Assembly: GCF_964204645.1 (NCBI RefSeq)
Contig: NC_134027.1
Span: 20,732,560 to 20,796,559 of the forward strand
DNA length: 64,000 nucleotides
Source: Tubulanus polymorphus
Taxonomy: Eukaryota > Animalia > Nemertea
Reading direction: 5' to 3'
Shown here: one piece after another, positions 10,235-23,463 of the stretch
Layout of the letters: every line of letters begins with the position of its first letter
Position numbering within the stretch: position 1 is the first letter of the stretch
Made by a program: the position numbers and the translations under genes
The notes under the pieces: generated by a model
Told to the model about the DNA's origin: nothing
Database searches by the model: none
The model's input: the letters and a program-made list of their open reading frames with translations, nothing else

Positions 10235-13200
10235 GGCAGAGTTCTTGATATCCTGATAGCTTTGAAGTAGATGTAACTTCGCAAATCATATGATTTTTAA
10301 ATAGAAACGGACGATTCACGACACACGTTCGAACTATTCCGCCATTTTGATAGCAACCAAATAAAATCATAATTTAAAAATATCATATAATCTAAACTAC
10401 TTATATGTAAGAGAGCAAGATATATAAATAGTTTTATAATTATTATTCTAAACATAAATTATATTAAAACTATTTTCAAATGTCTGAGATGGTTGAAACG
10501 TGATTTTTCACTCATTCTCTCGAAAAAAATCTTTCTTCAAAAATATCTAAAATCGAAGGCGGAACCACATCGAGCCGCAAAATGGCCTTTGACGTGGCTG
10601 CTTTATCCGAGAAATGCCTTGCTTTCGTCTCGACACCAGCCTTCCAATGTTTCTAGATCGGTCTTGAACTTGAAGTTGCAGTTGTCGCACCCAAATTCGC
10701 GTTGGGTATTTCCCTTTGGTTCTACGCTGACCGGGTTGCTCGCCCTGCAACTGAGCCAATCCCACCTTCTTCACCTGGATCCGATGTTTTTTTTACCTGG
10801 AATTCATGATATCAAGCCGAAACTGATAACAGCAGCAAAAATTTTGAGAGAATTCAAGAACACATCCGCTTTTCACGACTTAACTAGTTTATTTGATGTA
10901 CGCGCTTTCGCTGCTAATGTACAATCGCCTCATTGTGCGTCCAATAAAATAGACTGAACATTTTATGTACATGTACTACTCGTCCCGTTGTACATGTATT
11001 TATACTACAGCAGGTTAACACGTGCCGATTCGGCGAACAACAATTATTTGTTTTTTTAAATCTTTTTAATCAAGTCGTCAATCAGATTATGTCTTAACTA
11101 ACATAAATTTTCAATAATTTTGAATTTGCTGTTTCCTTCCTCATTTTCGTATTTTGAGCTACTTAAATCTGCAACCGACAGGATTATATGAATAAATGAT
11201 ACAACTAGAAAGGTATGGCTGTCTAGTTTCTAACAATGTATGGTTTGTTGGGGTTATATCGAGGATCTCGCAAAGAGAACATTGTTCGAAGTGAAAAAAT
11301 TGCCATTTTTGCGCTTTCCAGAACCGACACAACTCCATTTTTAGCTATCTCCCACAAGTAAACGCTGGTTTCGTAATGGCTATAGGCTCATTGGAAGCAG
11401 AGAGTCTTCTAGTTTGTAATGAAGCTTATTTCATGTGGTTGAGACTCTCCGGAATTACGGTAGATTGAAGTGGATAAGTCATTTTCAGATTGAAGTTTCG
11501 TTGTCACCCTTATCTTTTTATGCAGGAATACTGGGGTTGGTCATTGATACTGGTTTTATTCATTCACTATCAATTGTGACAGGGGTCTCTGTGCTGGGGT
11601 GTCTGTTAAGGTAATGATGGGATAAATATTCAAATTGTAATACAAAACTCGGTTAGTGCGATGATTTTTTCCATTCTCCCACGGACATCGCGCTGTCGTT
11701 AACTTCTTAATCACAGCCAACGTGACGTTAGTCGTTGTCCATTGATTGCTCCGTCGTATAATTTCTTTGTCGTACGTAATACTCAACGCTAGTCGTTACC
11801 TATTTTAGGCTCCGTCTAAAACATCTATATCGCAAACTCAATTCACGGCGTGAATTATTGTCGACACGGAAAGCGGATTACTTACGGTTGGCGGAGAGGG
11901 GGGGGGTTCTGCACTGACCACATAGATTAGGGCTACGTGGAGTAGGTAAGCGAATGTTTGGAGGAGAGCATAACACGAAATAATCCTTTTTAACATTGAA
12001 TTAATAGATTGCAGAAATACATTGTTACACCTTTCTAATTATCATTTTCCCTGGGAAAGACATAAGTCTCCTCGTAGTTTTCACTACCTGAGTTCGGTGG
12101 ACCCAGGCGAGTGATGGCAATAAAGTGACAAAGATTGCGGTACCCTATGAATGTTTAAAGGCACTACAAGAAGTTTTGATTTCACTAACCGCTACTGTAC
12201 AATATCTCATTTCGTTTCTAGGTAGGGTTGATATTTCCCCAACTTTTAAAGCAGATGATTGCCAGAAAAAAATATGAATTAAATTCTGCGAGGAAATACA
12301 CTATATTGAAGGTAAAGAAAAGTTTGTCTACCGATATATATTACCTTTTTCATTTCCATTAGATAAAACAAACTTCTTTTATTTCTACTCTTCATTTTCA
12401 GTTGAGGTCTCATTTATCAGAAGATAAATTATGTTAGTTGAATAACAGAGATATCTAGAACAGCTGTCGATGATGTAACCACCAGTTTGCGCAAAAAAAT
12501 CTGTTTTTAGTACAGGTGATTTGCAGTTTTATATTATTACTAATAAAACTGTACTTCATACAATGTAATAAAGCTTGAATAATGTAGTCGCAGTTTGATC
12601 GATCATATTTTTGCTTGAAATAGGAATTTAATATTATTCATACTTTTTTATGAAAACCATCAAAATTTATTGGCATCAAAATTTATTATGCGCTGTTTGA
12701 TGTGTTTAGGTCCCGGAAAAACCGTGTTTCGGTGGTGCTGCCCGCAGAACATTATAATTGCGGATGACGGGAAATGGAACCCGATTGCAAAGAAGCAATG
12801 TAGGCCTAAAACATATTTCAAACAGCCGAATCAAAAACATACAAGAACATGCTCAAAGTTATACGTATCATGCATGGCAATCTCCAGCAGGCCACGTGTA
12901 GCATTTGATCGTATTGAATAAGCAGATATTTATTTCTTGTACTAAGGTGGGCTGACACTTACAACTTGGATATGTCAGAAAGTTTAATTACTGATCCTCC
13001 TAAATGTGCCACATACTGAGAACAATCTACGGAAAGATGTCTGAACGAACAGTACAGCAAGTAAGCGCATTTCATCTATGTTTTTTTTTTTAACGAAACA
13101 TCTGTTCATAAAATGCGTATCATCTTTTTGCTTTATGATTGAAATGTGTTTAGTGTTTATGAATTATGTATGAAGTCCGTGCCATTTTATTATCAAATTA

Positions 13201-14168
13201 TGATTGAAAATGTTGTCGAATATCATTAGATTTGTTAGGAAACATCAACTTCAACATAAAATATCAACTAGAAGAGATAAAAGCATGTAATCTATTTGCA
13301 GGTGCGATGAAGGATATCGAGATCACTGAACAGACTTCAGTCCCTAATTAACACGTCCTGTAAACGCAGTCATTTACCGTCAATCTTAATAAATTTTCTA
13401 TAACTATTCCATGTACGTGTAATTGTTCATCTATTATCTCGATTGAAATTTTTATCGTAAAGATCAAAAGTGTTTTGCAGATTGAACAGTTTTGTTATGT
13501 ATTAGTGACATAAATTCGTTGCATTGTGTTTTAATGGTTGCTAATTGGAAACTTTTGACTCGAACCCTAAACTGTCAATACGATCTATATATTTCCACGA
13601 CTCATGTATGTGACTGCCGTACGACAGGTGTATCTATAATAAAGATCATCGTCCTCATGTACCGTCAGTAATACGGTCGGTTTAGTTTTGATATGGGTAT
13701 GTTCAATGATATGCGATTATTAGGGTAAAATGAAATGATATCTCTTGACTCTGCTAAGCGACCGGGTACTTTGTGAACTGCAATGAAATGTGCAATCGGT
13801 TCACTTCTACAACTCTCAGGCCTGTTATTTTAGCTTGGTCATAGTTTAAAAAGTAATTCACAGGGTAGGCGGTCGGCCGGCACAGCAGAAACGAGAAACA
13901 AGGTCAGAAGATGGTCAAGAATAAATTCTTTAGCCTTACCACAAACAACTAGCTAACTAGCGTCATAATTCACATTACGTTATGATTAGTGGATTAACTA
14001 CTTCATTGTGCATGAATTCAGAGAAAGTGAGAACAAAGCATGCCAAAATACAAAAATCAATTTCAGATTCAAACTGATCACTTGACACATGTATTTCATC
14101 AATTCAAAATGAAATTGGTTTCATATGAATTTCACCGATGTTTCGGTCAAGGTTTCGGAATACGAAAG

Positions 14169-17100
14169 CTATTTGATCATAGTTATGCGTTGCTCCAAAC
14201 CAGTATAGATAGGACTCCTGTCTTTGATGTATTTCAAAAGAACATCTGAATCAAGATCGCCTAAAACGAAATCACTGTAGCTGGTAATCGTTTAGAAATC
14301 ACCGGAAAATACTTACGTATCTATAGAATATATAATGATAATGTATTCTTACCAAGTAGACGGATTTTCTTTGCCTTTTTATGAATCATCGTGTAACCGT
14401 CTCCTCCCTTCCTGATGTAGCTAGGAAGCAGTATTGAGTACATTTCGTCCTGGTCCAGCGGTTCAAATTTAGGTATTAGGCATTTTGAGCATCTTACTTT
14501 CGCCTTCACAAACCTTTTACCGATCGGTGCCGTCAAATTGTACGTAACCCAAATGCCTGTGAAAATGAGTTAAGACAGGTGCAACTTTTAGACATCCTTC
14601 AAAGAAAATGCCAAGCGTACGCGCTTTCATTGAGGTGGTACGCAGTGCGATAATGTACGATGCACAGATTTGACGCGCGCAAAATTACCTCGAAAATTCA
14701 TGTTGCAAATTTATAGTCGTCGATCAAAGGAACTTACCCGAATACTGCAAAAAACTACCGTGAGGCTCTTCGTAGTTGTACTTCGATACAGAACGTTCCA
14801 AAACTTCTTGTAAATACTTGCCCTGTAACTCTACCATGTCTATGGTATTAGCATACGGTACCAACATGCGAATCATTTCAACTTCTATTGGCCCTGAAAA
14901 TAATGACAATGTACATACGTATTTTTGAAACGCCTAATCATGATATAATTTCTATTTGAAATATCACTATCACATTTCTTTCTACCTGGATGAATTGAAG
15001 CCCTGATGCTCCCTGAATTCCACATAGCTATAGAAGCAATAGTCCACTGAGAGTCAGAGGGTCGAAGATTCCGATAAACCATTGCGTCCGTTATCATATT
15101 GCCTAAAATCATGAATCAATGTCATAGATCATCAAAATAGCACCGAAATTCCGAGAGGTCAATAAATTGTGAAATCGAGACGATATTTTTCAATACTTAC
15201 CCATGTTACATTCGACCATCCGGCACTGAGATCTTTGTCCGTCCAAAAGCACGTGGGATTTACCAACAACTTCCTTACCCAATTTAATTATCGGTTTTGC
15301 CCAAGTTTGAATTTCTCTCAAAACGTCGGGGTCTACAAGGAATACAACAAAACGACTTGCTTGGTGACTTCCTGAAACTTTGTCGATATAGCCATACGTT
15401 AAACTCATGAGCACTTTGCCATTAGATTTTACTTTACCTTTAGGCACTGTCGAGTCAAGTAAGAAAGGATTTCCTGTCCAATTTGTTATCTTTCCCATCT
15501 TATCGAATTCAACATGTAAGCAGCCCAAATATTTTCCATAAGCAAAGTCCTGAACGATCAGGACTTTATTTCCATCACTTTGGTGAACCACGTATGGATA
15601 AGTGTCGACTGCCTTGTCATTTGACGGTACAGGACCTAAAGAAACACGAAGATACAGAAGCCTCTTCCTGGGAAAGAAAGATCTTTCTACAATTTCATAT
15701 ATAGATGATGGCAGTACCTGTGTATAGAAATGTGTTTGTGTGCCCACCGATGATCACGTCAACACCACTGACATTCGCAGCAATTTTCTTATCGAAATCA
15801 AACCCGGCATGACCAACAGCTACTATCTTGTTTACACCTTCTTTTTTCAGTTTGCTTACTTCTCCTTTGATGGCTTCGATTTCATTTCCAAATATCAACG
15901 TCTTTCCTACATGAGAATAGTAATATAGATGTTTGCAGAGATGAGGCTTTCATTCGATCACTTAAAACGATGATCGAGTAAACGAATTGTCCTTGTACCT
16001 GAATTTGTGATATCCGGGGTAGCGCGTGTAGTATAACCAATGACACCAATTCTTTCGCCTCCTACTTCGAATATCGTCGATTTCTTAAATTTCCCCTTCA
16101 ATTTCGGTTCATTCGATGCATCGATGTTACAATTGAGCAGTGGAAACGAAGCGTTCTTTATAAGTGGTAAAAGCCCATCAACACCATTATCAAATTCGTG
16201 ATTACCAAATGCCTTGAAAAAATTATCGAATTATTTAAATGGATGGTGTTACCAATCCGTGTTTGAATAAACCTTTTACGGTTGCAAGCCGCCGTTTTGG
16301 GGGTAGATTTTGTATCCTGTATCTTTGCATGATTTCTCTCTTTTTCAAATCTATTTGTAATTTTTTACTTTTACTACATTCCACCGGTTCATCGATGATT
16401 AGTAGGGATTACTGACTGCTTGGTACTATTCGTACAGCGGGAATCTCGTTTGTGAGCATGAAAATATTCATTCAAAAGTTTTGTAACAATATGGCGCACG
16501 AGACTGAGGGCGATTTCAAGATTTCTCTCCTCCTTCAATACGTAGGCATACATACATGTATGTACATATGTAATGAATACACACCTAAATCATTGCTTTA
16601 TTTTGTTATCGTTTCATCTTTTTGATTCAATACATTTTTTAAAAATATGTAAGCATTTCTATAAGTGTGTATACATTGTACTTCTATTTATTGCGCGTTT
16701 TGTCTTACTACCACATGACTTTTATCAATGTAGATAACTTAGTGTTGAAGATAAATATAAAAGAGAATGTCATGTCAGAAATATAAAACGAATGTATCGA
16801 CGAATTGAAAATGAACGTGGAATTTGCATAAACCAAAATCTGCATGACTGACTACATGACAGCGGAGATCGAGATCAAACTTAATCTGGAGAAATTATCA
16901 GAAGCGAAGGGAAATGTCTCTTCGCCTCCCTAACCAAACGAAATTCTGATAAAAGACTTGTTTATGTATCAAGTTAAGCGTGATGCTCGATCGTAAAAGC
17001 ATCTTCAATGACATATGATATTTCTCAGGTCACTTAAAATATGGAAATGAATTCAAATCCCTCACTTACCATTGCATCATACTGCAGAAGATTCATGAAA

Positions 17101-17405
17101 TGAACGGCTGCTCGACCCTTGTACACGTAAAACCAAAACGTTCCCTGGTACTGGTCTCCACCGTCTAGAAACAAATTATTGGGATATTTGCGTCTTAGTT
17201 CTTTGAGTTTTGTCATTCTGCGGGCAGCACCACCGAAACACGATTTTCCCGGGTTGCAAGAACCTCCATATTTGTTTGCTTCCTGAAATCTAGAGTGTAC
17301 GTCGTTCGTGTGAAAAAGCGTTAGCTTGAAAGATTCGACCATGATATTGTGGATATCATTGGCAAAAAGTAAAATACACGCAACGATGTATAACTTGGAA
17401 CCCAT
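14169..17405 (-). CDS. NT5E: Secreted 5'-nucleotidase/apyrase (CD73/NT5E family), 9 exons
   Basis: Exons 17405-17070, 16212-15999, 15906-15718, 15635-15438, 15332-15201, 15102-14986, 14893-14738, 14556-14353 and 14260-14169, all GT-AG. Signal peptide; metallophosphoesterase motifs HTNDVH, GGDQYQGT, GNHEFD, GHAG, GGHTN; C-domain GGDGY. Confidence 0.93.
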
Positions 17406-18044
17406 TATGTCGGGGTTGATTCCACGAATGACAGCAACGTCGATCCTGCGCTCGTGTGGCCCATGTTCGTCGCGTCATCCAGCCGAACGTAATAAACTGA
17501 CGCGCCGAATGGTTTTTTAATCGATTAACCGTAATTCCTGGATTCACCAGATGCGAAAAATGTCTCAAAACGGCGAACCTGTCTTCAAAAGAAGAAACCG
17601 TGCCCGCTCCAAAAAGAGGACAGCATAAACAACGAATCTATACCGATACGCATTTTAGAAAATCATCTAGTTCATTTACGGCATCAAGATTTTATTGTAG
17701 GAAACTTATGGAGAACTTACAGTTTTAACAATTTTTCTGTTTCTTTTTCAAGCTTTTCGATTGTTCCTTTTCGCGGCCCCCAGAAGGGTAATTATCTTTG
17801 TGATAGAAATTAATTTTCTATGTATGCTTGTCATTTTTTTCTTTCTTTTTGGCCAATTCTCTCATTTATGCTTGAAAACGGGAAACAAAGATAGAATATA
17901 AACCATTTTTGAATTTTTTTTCCATAGAAAATAGAGCTCAACTGCATAACAGGTAAAAATAGATATTCGGGTCCAACATTTTCACTTAGAAAAGTATTAA
18001 TACGCGCAGATCGATAGAAGGAGGCACGTGAAGTAATTTTCAGA

Positions 18045-18220
18045 AGTCGACAATCGGCAATCGGTAATCGGAAACCTGATAGTCGACCATTTCTCGGGTC
18101 GACAATCGGCAATCAGAAACCTGATAGTCGACCGTTTCCCTTTATGACTTTCATAAAATTCAGTGCTGTGATTGTGAGGGTGATATAGATACTGTGATTG
18201 TGAGGGCGATATAGACGACC
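18045..18220. repeat. Short local duplications (gtcgacaatcggcaatc...aaacctgatagtcgacc x2; ctgtgattgtgagg..gatataga x2)
   Basis: Direct repeats visible; probably internal to a dispersed repeat. Confidence 0.6.
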
Positions 18221-18714
18221 TATTCTGGAGTTGAACCGAAAATTGTTCTCCCCTTGTATACATCCCCTGTTTTTACTTATTCCATTTTTATAAATAAAAT
18301 TTGCTTTCAACCTTTAAAATACGTGGTGGTTTATAATTTTATAAAAAGAAGAACATTAATTTCTATGAGATGATTATATTTCAGAGAGCTGCAAAAACGT
18401 CGCCAGGATGCTGCCACAGGAAAATTTAGAGAAAATCTTGTATTCTCAAATTCAATGAATATATTGGTATATATCGTGCTACACGAAGCCTAAGATCAAT
18501 CGATCCGAGTTCATTTTAACCCATTAGCACTCGAATTTCACAATGTGTCCAATACTTCTAAAAAAAATCAGCGGAAAATCCAGAATTACACGATAAGTCG
18601 ATAGGGGGGGGGGGGGGGCTACAAAATAACTCATTCCTGGTTTATGTTCATGTATTTAAACTTCCTGTCATTTAGGTGTCGATAGTCAAGGATAGTCACA
18701 AGAATTTTGTCCCC

Positions 18715-18800
18715 CTGCGTGAAATTCATCCAGACTTACTTGGATTTCAAGTGAGCGCTCAGATCTTCCATGTTCATACTCGAAATAATCGAGAATTTCA
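18715..18800. repeat. Dispersed repeat also present inverted at ~31225-31310
   Basis: cttacttggatttcaagtgagcgctcagatct matches the reverse complement of gatctgagcgctaacttcaaattcaagtaag. Confidence 0.6.
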
Positions 18801-19195
18801 AATAGGAAGATATTGATATCTGACTACGGTATTCTGAGGGCTAGGGTGTCTAGTTTATCATAAGCTATTGACATAGGCAATATAGGCCTTCCCATGCCAA
18901 TAGGCTTTGTTCCTTATGGACGAGATTGCCCGCGATCCCACCGCATCTGCCGATTTGCCAAACTTTAAGGCAAAATCGATAATCATCCGCTAAATTAGTG
19001 TTCAAAACCTACCCTTCCGTTTAGGGTGATACTCTTACTGGTCTGTTTATATGTGGCTGAAATTGAAAAGTGACAAGGCTCGGGATGAGGATGTCCAGTT
19101 TTAGAAGTGTATTCGTGCTTTAAAATGCACAGATTTACACTGAGGATCATGTTCATATCGACCGTTTAAGATGCATGTGAATGACGTGGTTCAAA

Positions 19196-19484
19196 AAACC
19201 AACCTTTTTGAATTCTCGCGAGAGAAAACCAAACTTTTTGAATTCTGGCGCGAGAAAACCAAACTTTTTGAATTCTCGCCTGAGAAAATCAAAATGTTTT
19301 GTTTTCTCGCGCGAGAAAACCAAAAATATTTTGTTTTATCGCGCGAGAAAACCAAAAGTTTTGAATTCTCGCGCGAGAAAATCAAAAACGGGCCAACATG
19401 AAAATCCTTTTATCGTTGCTTTAGCCGTATAGAAACATTTTTTAGTATGGCACAAATCAGTCACCATACGAATCAGCCACCATA
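19196..19484. mobile_element. MITE copy with ~6 internal ~30-bp tandem units (aaaaccaaactttttgaattctcgcgcgag)
   Basis: The tandem units are followed by the same terminal sequence as 1200-1309, with a duplicated terminus (...ccata x2). Confidence 0.75.
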
Positions 19485-20698
19485 AAAAGTTCGTACGTTT
19501 CGTTTTGCCTTTTTTCCATAATCGAGGTCATGTATAAGTAATGTGTGCAGAAAACTCTGAACTCTGTTATTGGTAAATCAATTGCGGAATATATCGTGCA
19601 CCAGCGGACAGAAATATTGATGTAAAATAGCTTAAATTTCATGGCATATAAATTTTAATTCAGATTACAAAATATGTGGAGGACATTTTATCGTATATTT
19701 CGTGTGACGTACACAGATACAGATACTGATATCGTTGCGGCGCTATGATTAGGATTTGGTCGACACCAGATACAATCTATTTCTCTCGCGTAGAGTCGAT
19801 CGGTCCACCGCAGCATCATCCATCCCTGTGGATGGAAACTTAACTAAATCATCCAATGGCTCTCCGGAACACGATAATCCCTCGCTGTCATGATATCTGG
19901 CATAATGTTGAACATTTTGGTTGTCGTTACATTAGAGATATTTAGTTCAACTCACAACTCGTATTATCTTCGTGCTGTTTGGCCATTATGGACATAATGT
20001 TTTCAATATGGCGCTTAACTAAAAATAAGTCTATGCCGTGGGTTTTCTAATATCGCCTTATTCCACGCACTGCATCTCAAATGACTGTCGGTGTCGCCGT
20101 ACAAGGAACTTGATCAATTTTACTTTCAACAGCTACGGGGTTAGTACTTCTAAACCCCATCATCAGAGAAACTAAAATGATACAATAATGAATTACAGTC
20201 ATTCTAAATTTTAGTGGTTATATGTACTAAGGGAGGGAACCAGGAGCTAAGAAACAATAACAAAGATACACGAATAGGACAAATAGATACAGAACAGGAT
20301 TATGAAGCAGACATGTCAGGACATTCTTACTTGGAGGATTTTTGTATAGCGGGGTTTTTACCGGGAATTTTTACAATCGACGGAAACGCCCGAGGCTTGC
20401 CACTTCATGGCAAGTGAGTTAGGTATTATTTATTACAGCAACGACAAAACAATTTTCTTCACAATCCAATTAAATTCAAATGAAGTTAAAGTTTATTTCT
20501 TTGTGGTGAGTGAAAAACACAAAACAAATGTTAATTCATTCCCGAATCGTCCCCTTTTAAGATAAAGTAATTATTAACATTTTATTTCTTATCTCGATAT
20601 ATCAAAATACCGTTTCAGAACATGTCAATAGCTTTTGAAATCTTTTTTTGCAGCCTCTGGCTCTCTGTCGTCCGAGAATCGAGAAAGGAAGTAAAAGT

Positions 20699-21286
20699 AT
20701 GGCCCTAAGCACGGCATTATCGGATTTATTTTTAGCATTATCTTCGTTTCATTCGATGTATACTGTCAACAGAGCGAGTTCAACTGCCCAAGTTGCCTTT
20801 CTCATAATAGGGTGCGCCGCCAGTCTCGGCACGCTGAAATTCGGACTTGAAGCGCCTGGACCCCATATAACGCGCGCTCACAGAACTTTCTCATGGTTGG
20901 CCACCGTTCTCGGAATGAGTCTTCTATCGGCTGCGTACTGCCAGAAAATAAACCAAACTAGGATCGGACACGTTTTTATCGCTTTTTCGATCGCGTTGAT
21001 TTCGTTGCAAACACTTTTCGCCCCGCATCTTTTGGAAGTGTTATCTGAGGTGATAAGTTCTTTGGCGGTAGTGACGATTCTTATCACCTGTTTTGTCGAC
21101 TTTAACTCGCATGGGATTCTAGGATCGGCTGGTTATATCATCGCTGGTTTAGCTATTGGAACTCAAGGAACATACAGAGGGATACCTGCCGTGGATTTGT
21201 TCCATTATGTTTTATTTCTGTCGAATATTGCTCTGGCCCTGGGACTTTCCAAACAACCGACACTTTATTTCTATAAAAAGTCCTGA
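20699..21286 (+). CDS. TMEM276: TMEM276-like multi-pass membrane protein, single coding exon
   Basis: MALSTALSDLFLALSS...WLATVLGMSLL...LAVVTILITCF...GILG recalls human TMEM276 (STALSHLVL, WVATVIGLPLL, VAVTILIV). Probable 5' UTR intron at 20414-20653. Confidence 0.75.
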   Translation: MALSTALSDLFLALSSFHSMYTVNRASSTAQVAFLIIGCAASLGTLKFGLEAPGPHITRAHRTFSWLATVLGMSLLSAAYCQKINQTRIGHVFIAFSIALISLQTLFAPHLLEVLSEVISSLAVVTILITCFVDFNSHGILGSAGYIIAGLAIGTQGTYRGIPAVDLFHYVLFLSNIALALGLSKQPTLYFYKKS

Positions 21287-21552
21287 ACATTAAGAAGAGA
21301 ATGTATTTATGCCTAGTTAGATCTGGGGGTTCTTTCGAAATTAACACTTTTGACTAAGAACAATAGATATTGCGTCTTAGGTATGAAAAAATTGTCATCA
21401 GTAATTAATGTGCTGAATTTTTGAAGTACTTGTAATTGAGGATGTGAAGACTAATCATAATTTTACTGTTTTATCAATGGCATTAAGAACAATTGGAGTA
21501 TTATTATAAGTTACTGTTTATATTGTTATTTTAAGCCCAGTTGAAGCAAAGC

Positions 21553-22016
21553 CAGGCGCGGATCCAGGGCCATTCAGTGACTACGGCACAGTGAAAAAAG
21601 GGCACCAACTTTTAAAAGGGCCAGTATTAATGCCCAGCGAGTGAGTTTGAGTTTGAGTTTGAGTGCCATTTATTGGCATCACGCCACATTCAATTTGTGT
21701 GTGCCTTTTTTAGATTTTTGGCGAAATTTGCCCTTTTTCGATTTATAGAGCAACAATAATTCTCTCTTTTAGAATAGTGCCCTTTTGAGTAAAGAAAAAT
21801 GTCTCAGACTGCTTTTTTGATTTTGGCCAATTTATTTTCATTCACATTTTGCTTCAGGCCTAGTACAGAAAGGCAGTTATTTCTTATGGCGCACCACACT
21901 CACAGTTGTGTGCCCTTTTATTTACTTTTTTCCCGAAACAAACATTTTTCAAGGGCATTTGAAAACTGCGACTACCACTCGTGCTGCATGTCTCCGATAG
22001 TCTGGATCCGCGTCTG
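21553..22016. mobile_element. hAT-type MITE with 15-bp TIRs and 5-bp TSD
   Basis: caggcgcggatccag ... ctggatccgcgtctg, flanked by aaagc on both sides. Confidence 0.8.
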
Positions 22017-23124
22017 AAAGCCCCGGAGAGCTCAGCCTAGTGCAGGGAATCAAGAATGTACAATAGAAGTAACTTAACTTGGATGACAAAGGACTACCCA
22101 GATTTCTTCGAAATAAGTAAAATCCAAATTGTGAACTTTACAGGTTTAGTGGACAAAATATTTCATCCGAATTAAGTGAAATCTGGATTAAAGAATCCGA
22201 ATTAACCGAGTTCTACTTAACATGTTTTGATATTTCATATTTGCAGTCCAGTTGAACTTTGTTTAACACGATTCTGCTTTAGACAAATCCCATTTACTAC
22301 AATGATTTTCAGCATGCCTCGGCTAAGATATCTATATCAAGATTTGGATAATAAAACCCTTGACAATTTCACTTTTGCCCACAAGATTGGCATTAACACG
22401 GTTCCACTATTTTTGATTGGTTTTATAGGGGGCATTAAAAATACATACATTTTCCTCAAAATCTCCAGATTTCCTAACTCCTACCCCTCGTTCTACCTTT
22501 GTACCAAATTTCTAGGCCCCCTCATCAGTACGTACACCCCTTCATCCAGCAAGTACGTACTGAAAATAGCTATACTGAATAATCACTAGGATTTGTTGGA
22601 GCTTACACATACTGTATGTGTGGTGTAAAACAATGATCCCGATTAAGAATAAGCAAAATATTTGTTATTGATACAAAATTTTGGAATAACACAAACAGGA
22701 TGAATTTGTTTCATTACGTACTCACAGATAAACCAATACACCCCCTGGTGGAAAGATGTTAGTTTTTGTGCAGCTGTTACACCTACAATGTTTGTACCAA
22801 AGTTTTAAACAGAGTTACGTACTTTTTGAACGCTCCCGGCCTTTACATACCCAAGATTTGTCTGCCGGAAATTGGCCCGATCAGAATGAAGGTGTTTGAC
22901 TTTTTTGCTGAATTTAAATCATCACTTGCTTCATTGCCGGCCAAGTCCAACATACCGTAGCCATGTGAGACTGGAAGTACAAAATTTAATTCGATTTTTG
23001 AAGATTTGATTTTTCAAATGTAGACCTTTTGGTGGTAACTTTTCTGGTGACGGCTTTTGACGGTTCGCCTTAACCGCCCAAGTTTCGCCTTAACCACAGG
23101 TATGTTCAGATTCGTTATTCATGT

Positions 23125-23463
23125 AATTACCTATCCTTCCTCGGCGGGATTCGAACCTGATGGCATCGCTACATTCATTTATAACACGAAACTGCCACGC
23201 CAAAGCGGGTGCGCAGGCTTTGCCGCACGAAATCTTGCGGCTCCAATCAAATTGCTCGTTGTATAACCGCTGAGGTAAATCTCACGGAAGAACTATAAAT
23301 GGCAAAACTGGCTATATTAAAACGGGATAGCTGATTGGCTAATAATGACATCATCCAAGCTGTGCATGGAGCTGCGCACCCGGTCTAGTGTGCACGTTTC
23401 GAAGTTTCGTACCGTTACCGTGGCAATCAGGTTCGAAACCCTGCCGGAGAGGATGGTTTACCC
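23125..23463. mobile_element. Foldback/MITE with long imperfect inverted repeats
   Basis: atccttcctcggcgggattcgaacctgatggc versus gcaatcaggttcgaaaccctgccggagaggat; inner pair gggtgcgcag versus ctgcgcaccc. Confidence 0.6.

Larger units (their letters stand above)
3440..10352 (-). mobile_element. Near full-length CR1/L2-group (Crack/Daphne-like) non-LTR retrotransposon, interrupted by Penelope
   Basis: Putative 5' end at an aaaatggcgg motif (~10340-10350), then ORF1, a ~1 kb spacer and APE-RT ORF2. The 3' end has AATAAA plus a (TTA)n tail at 3440-3465. Confidence 0.85.

Noticed and set aside
10493-10957. 154-aa ORF and a CACAATG (Transib/RSS-like) end near 10937
   Set aside because: No recognisable domain, and no matching second terminus was found.
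19171-19432. Repetitive ORFs on both strands (KTKLFEFSRE...)
   Set aside because: Translations of a 30-bp tandem repeat inside a MITE.
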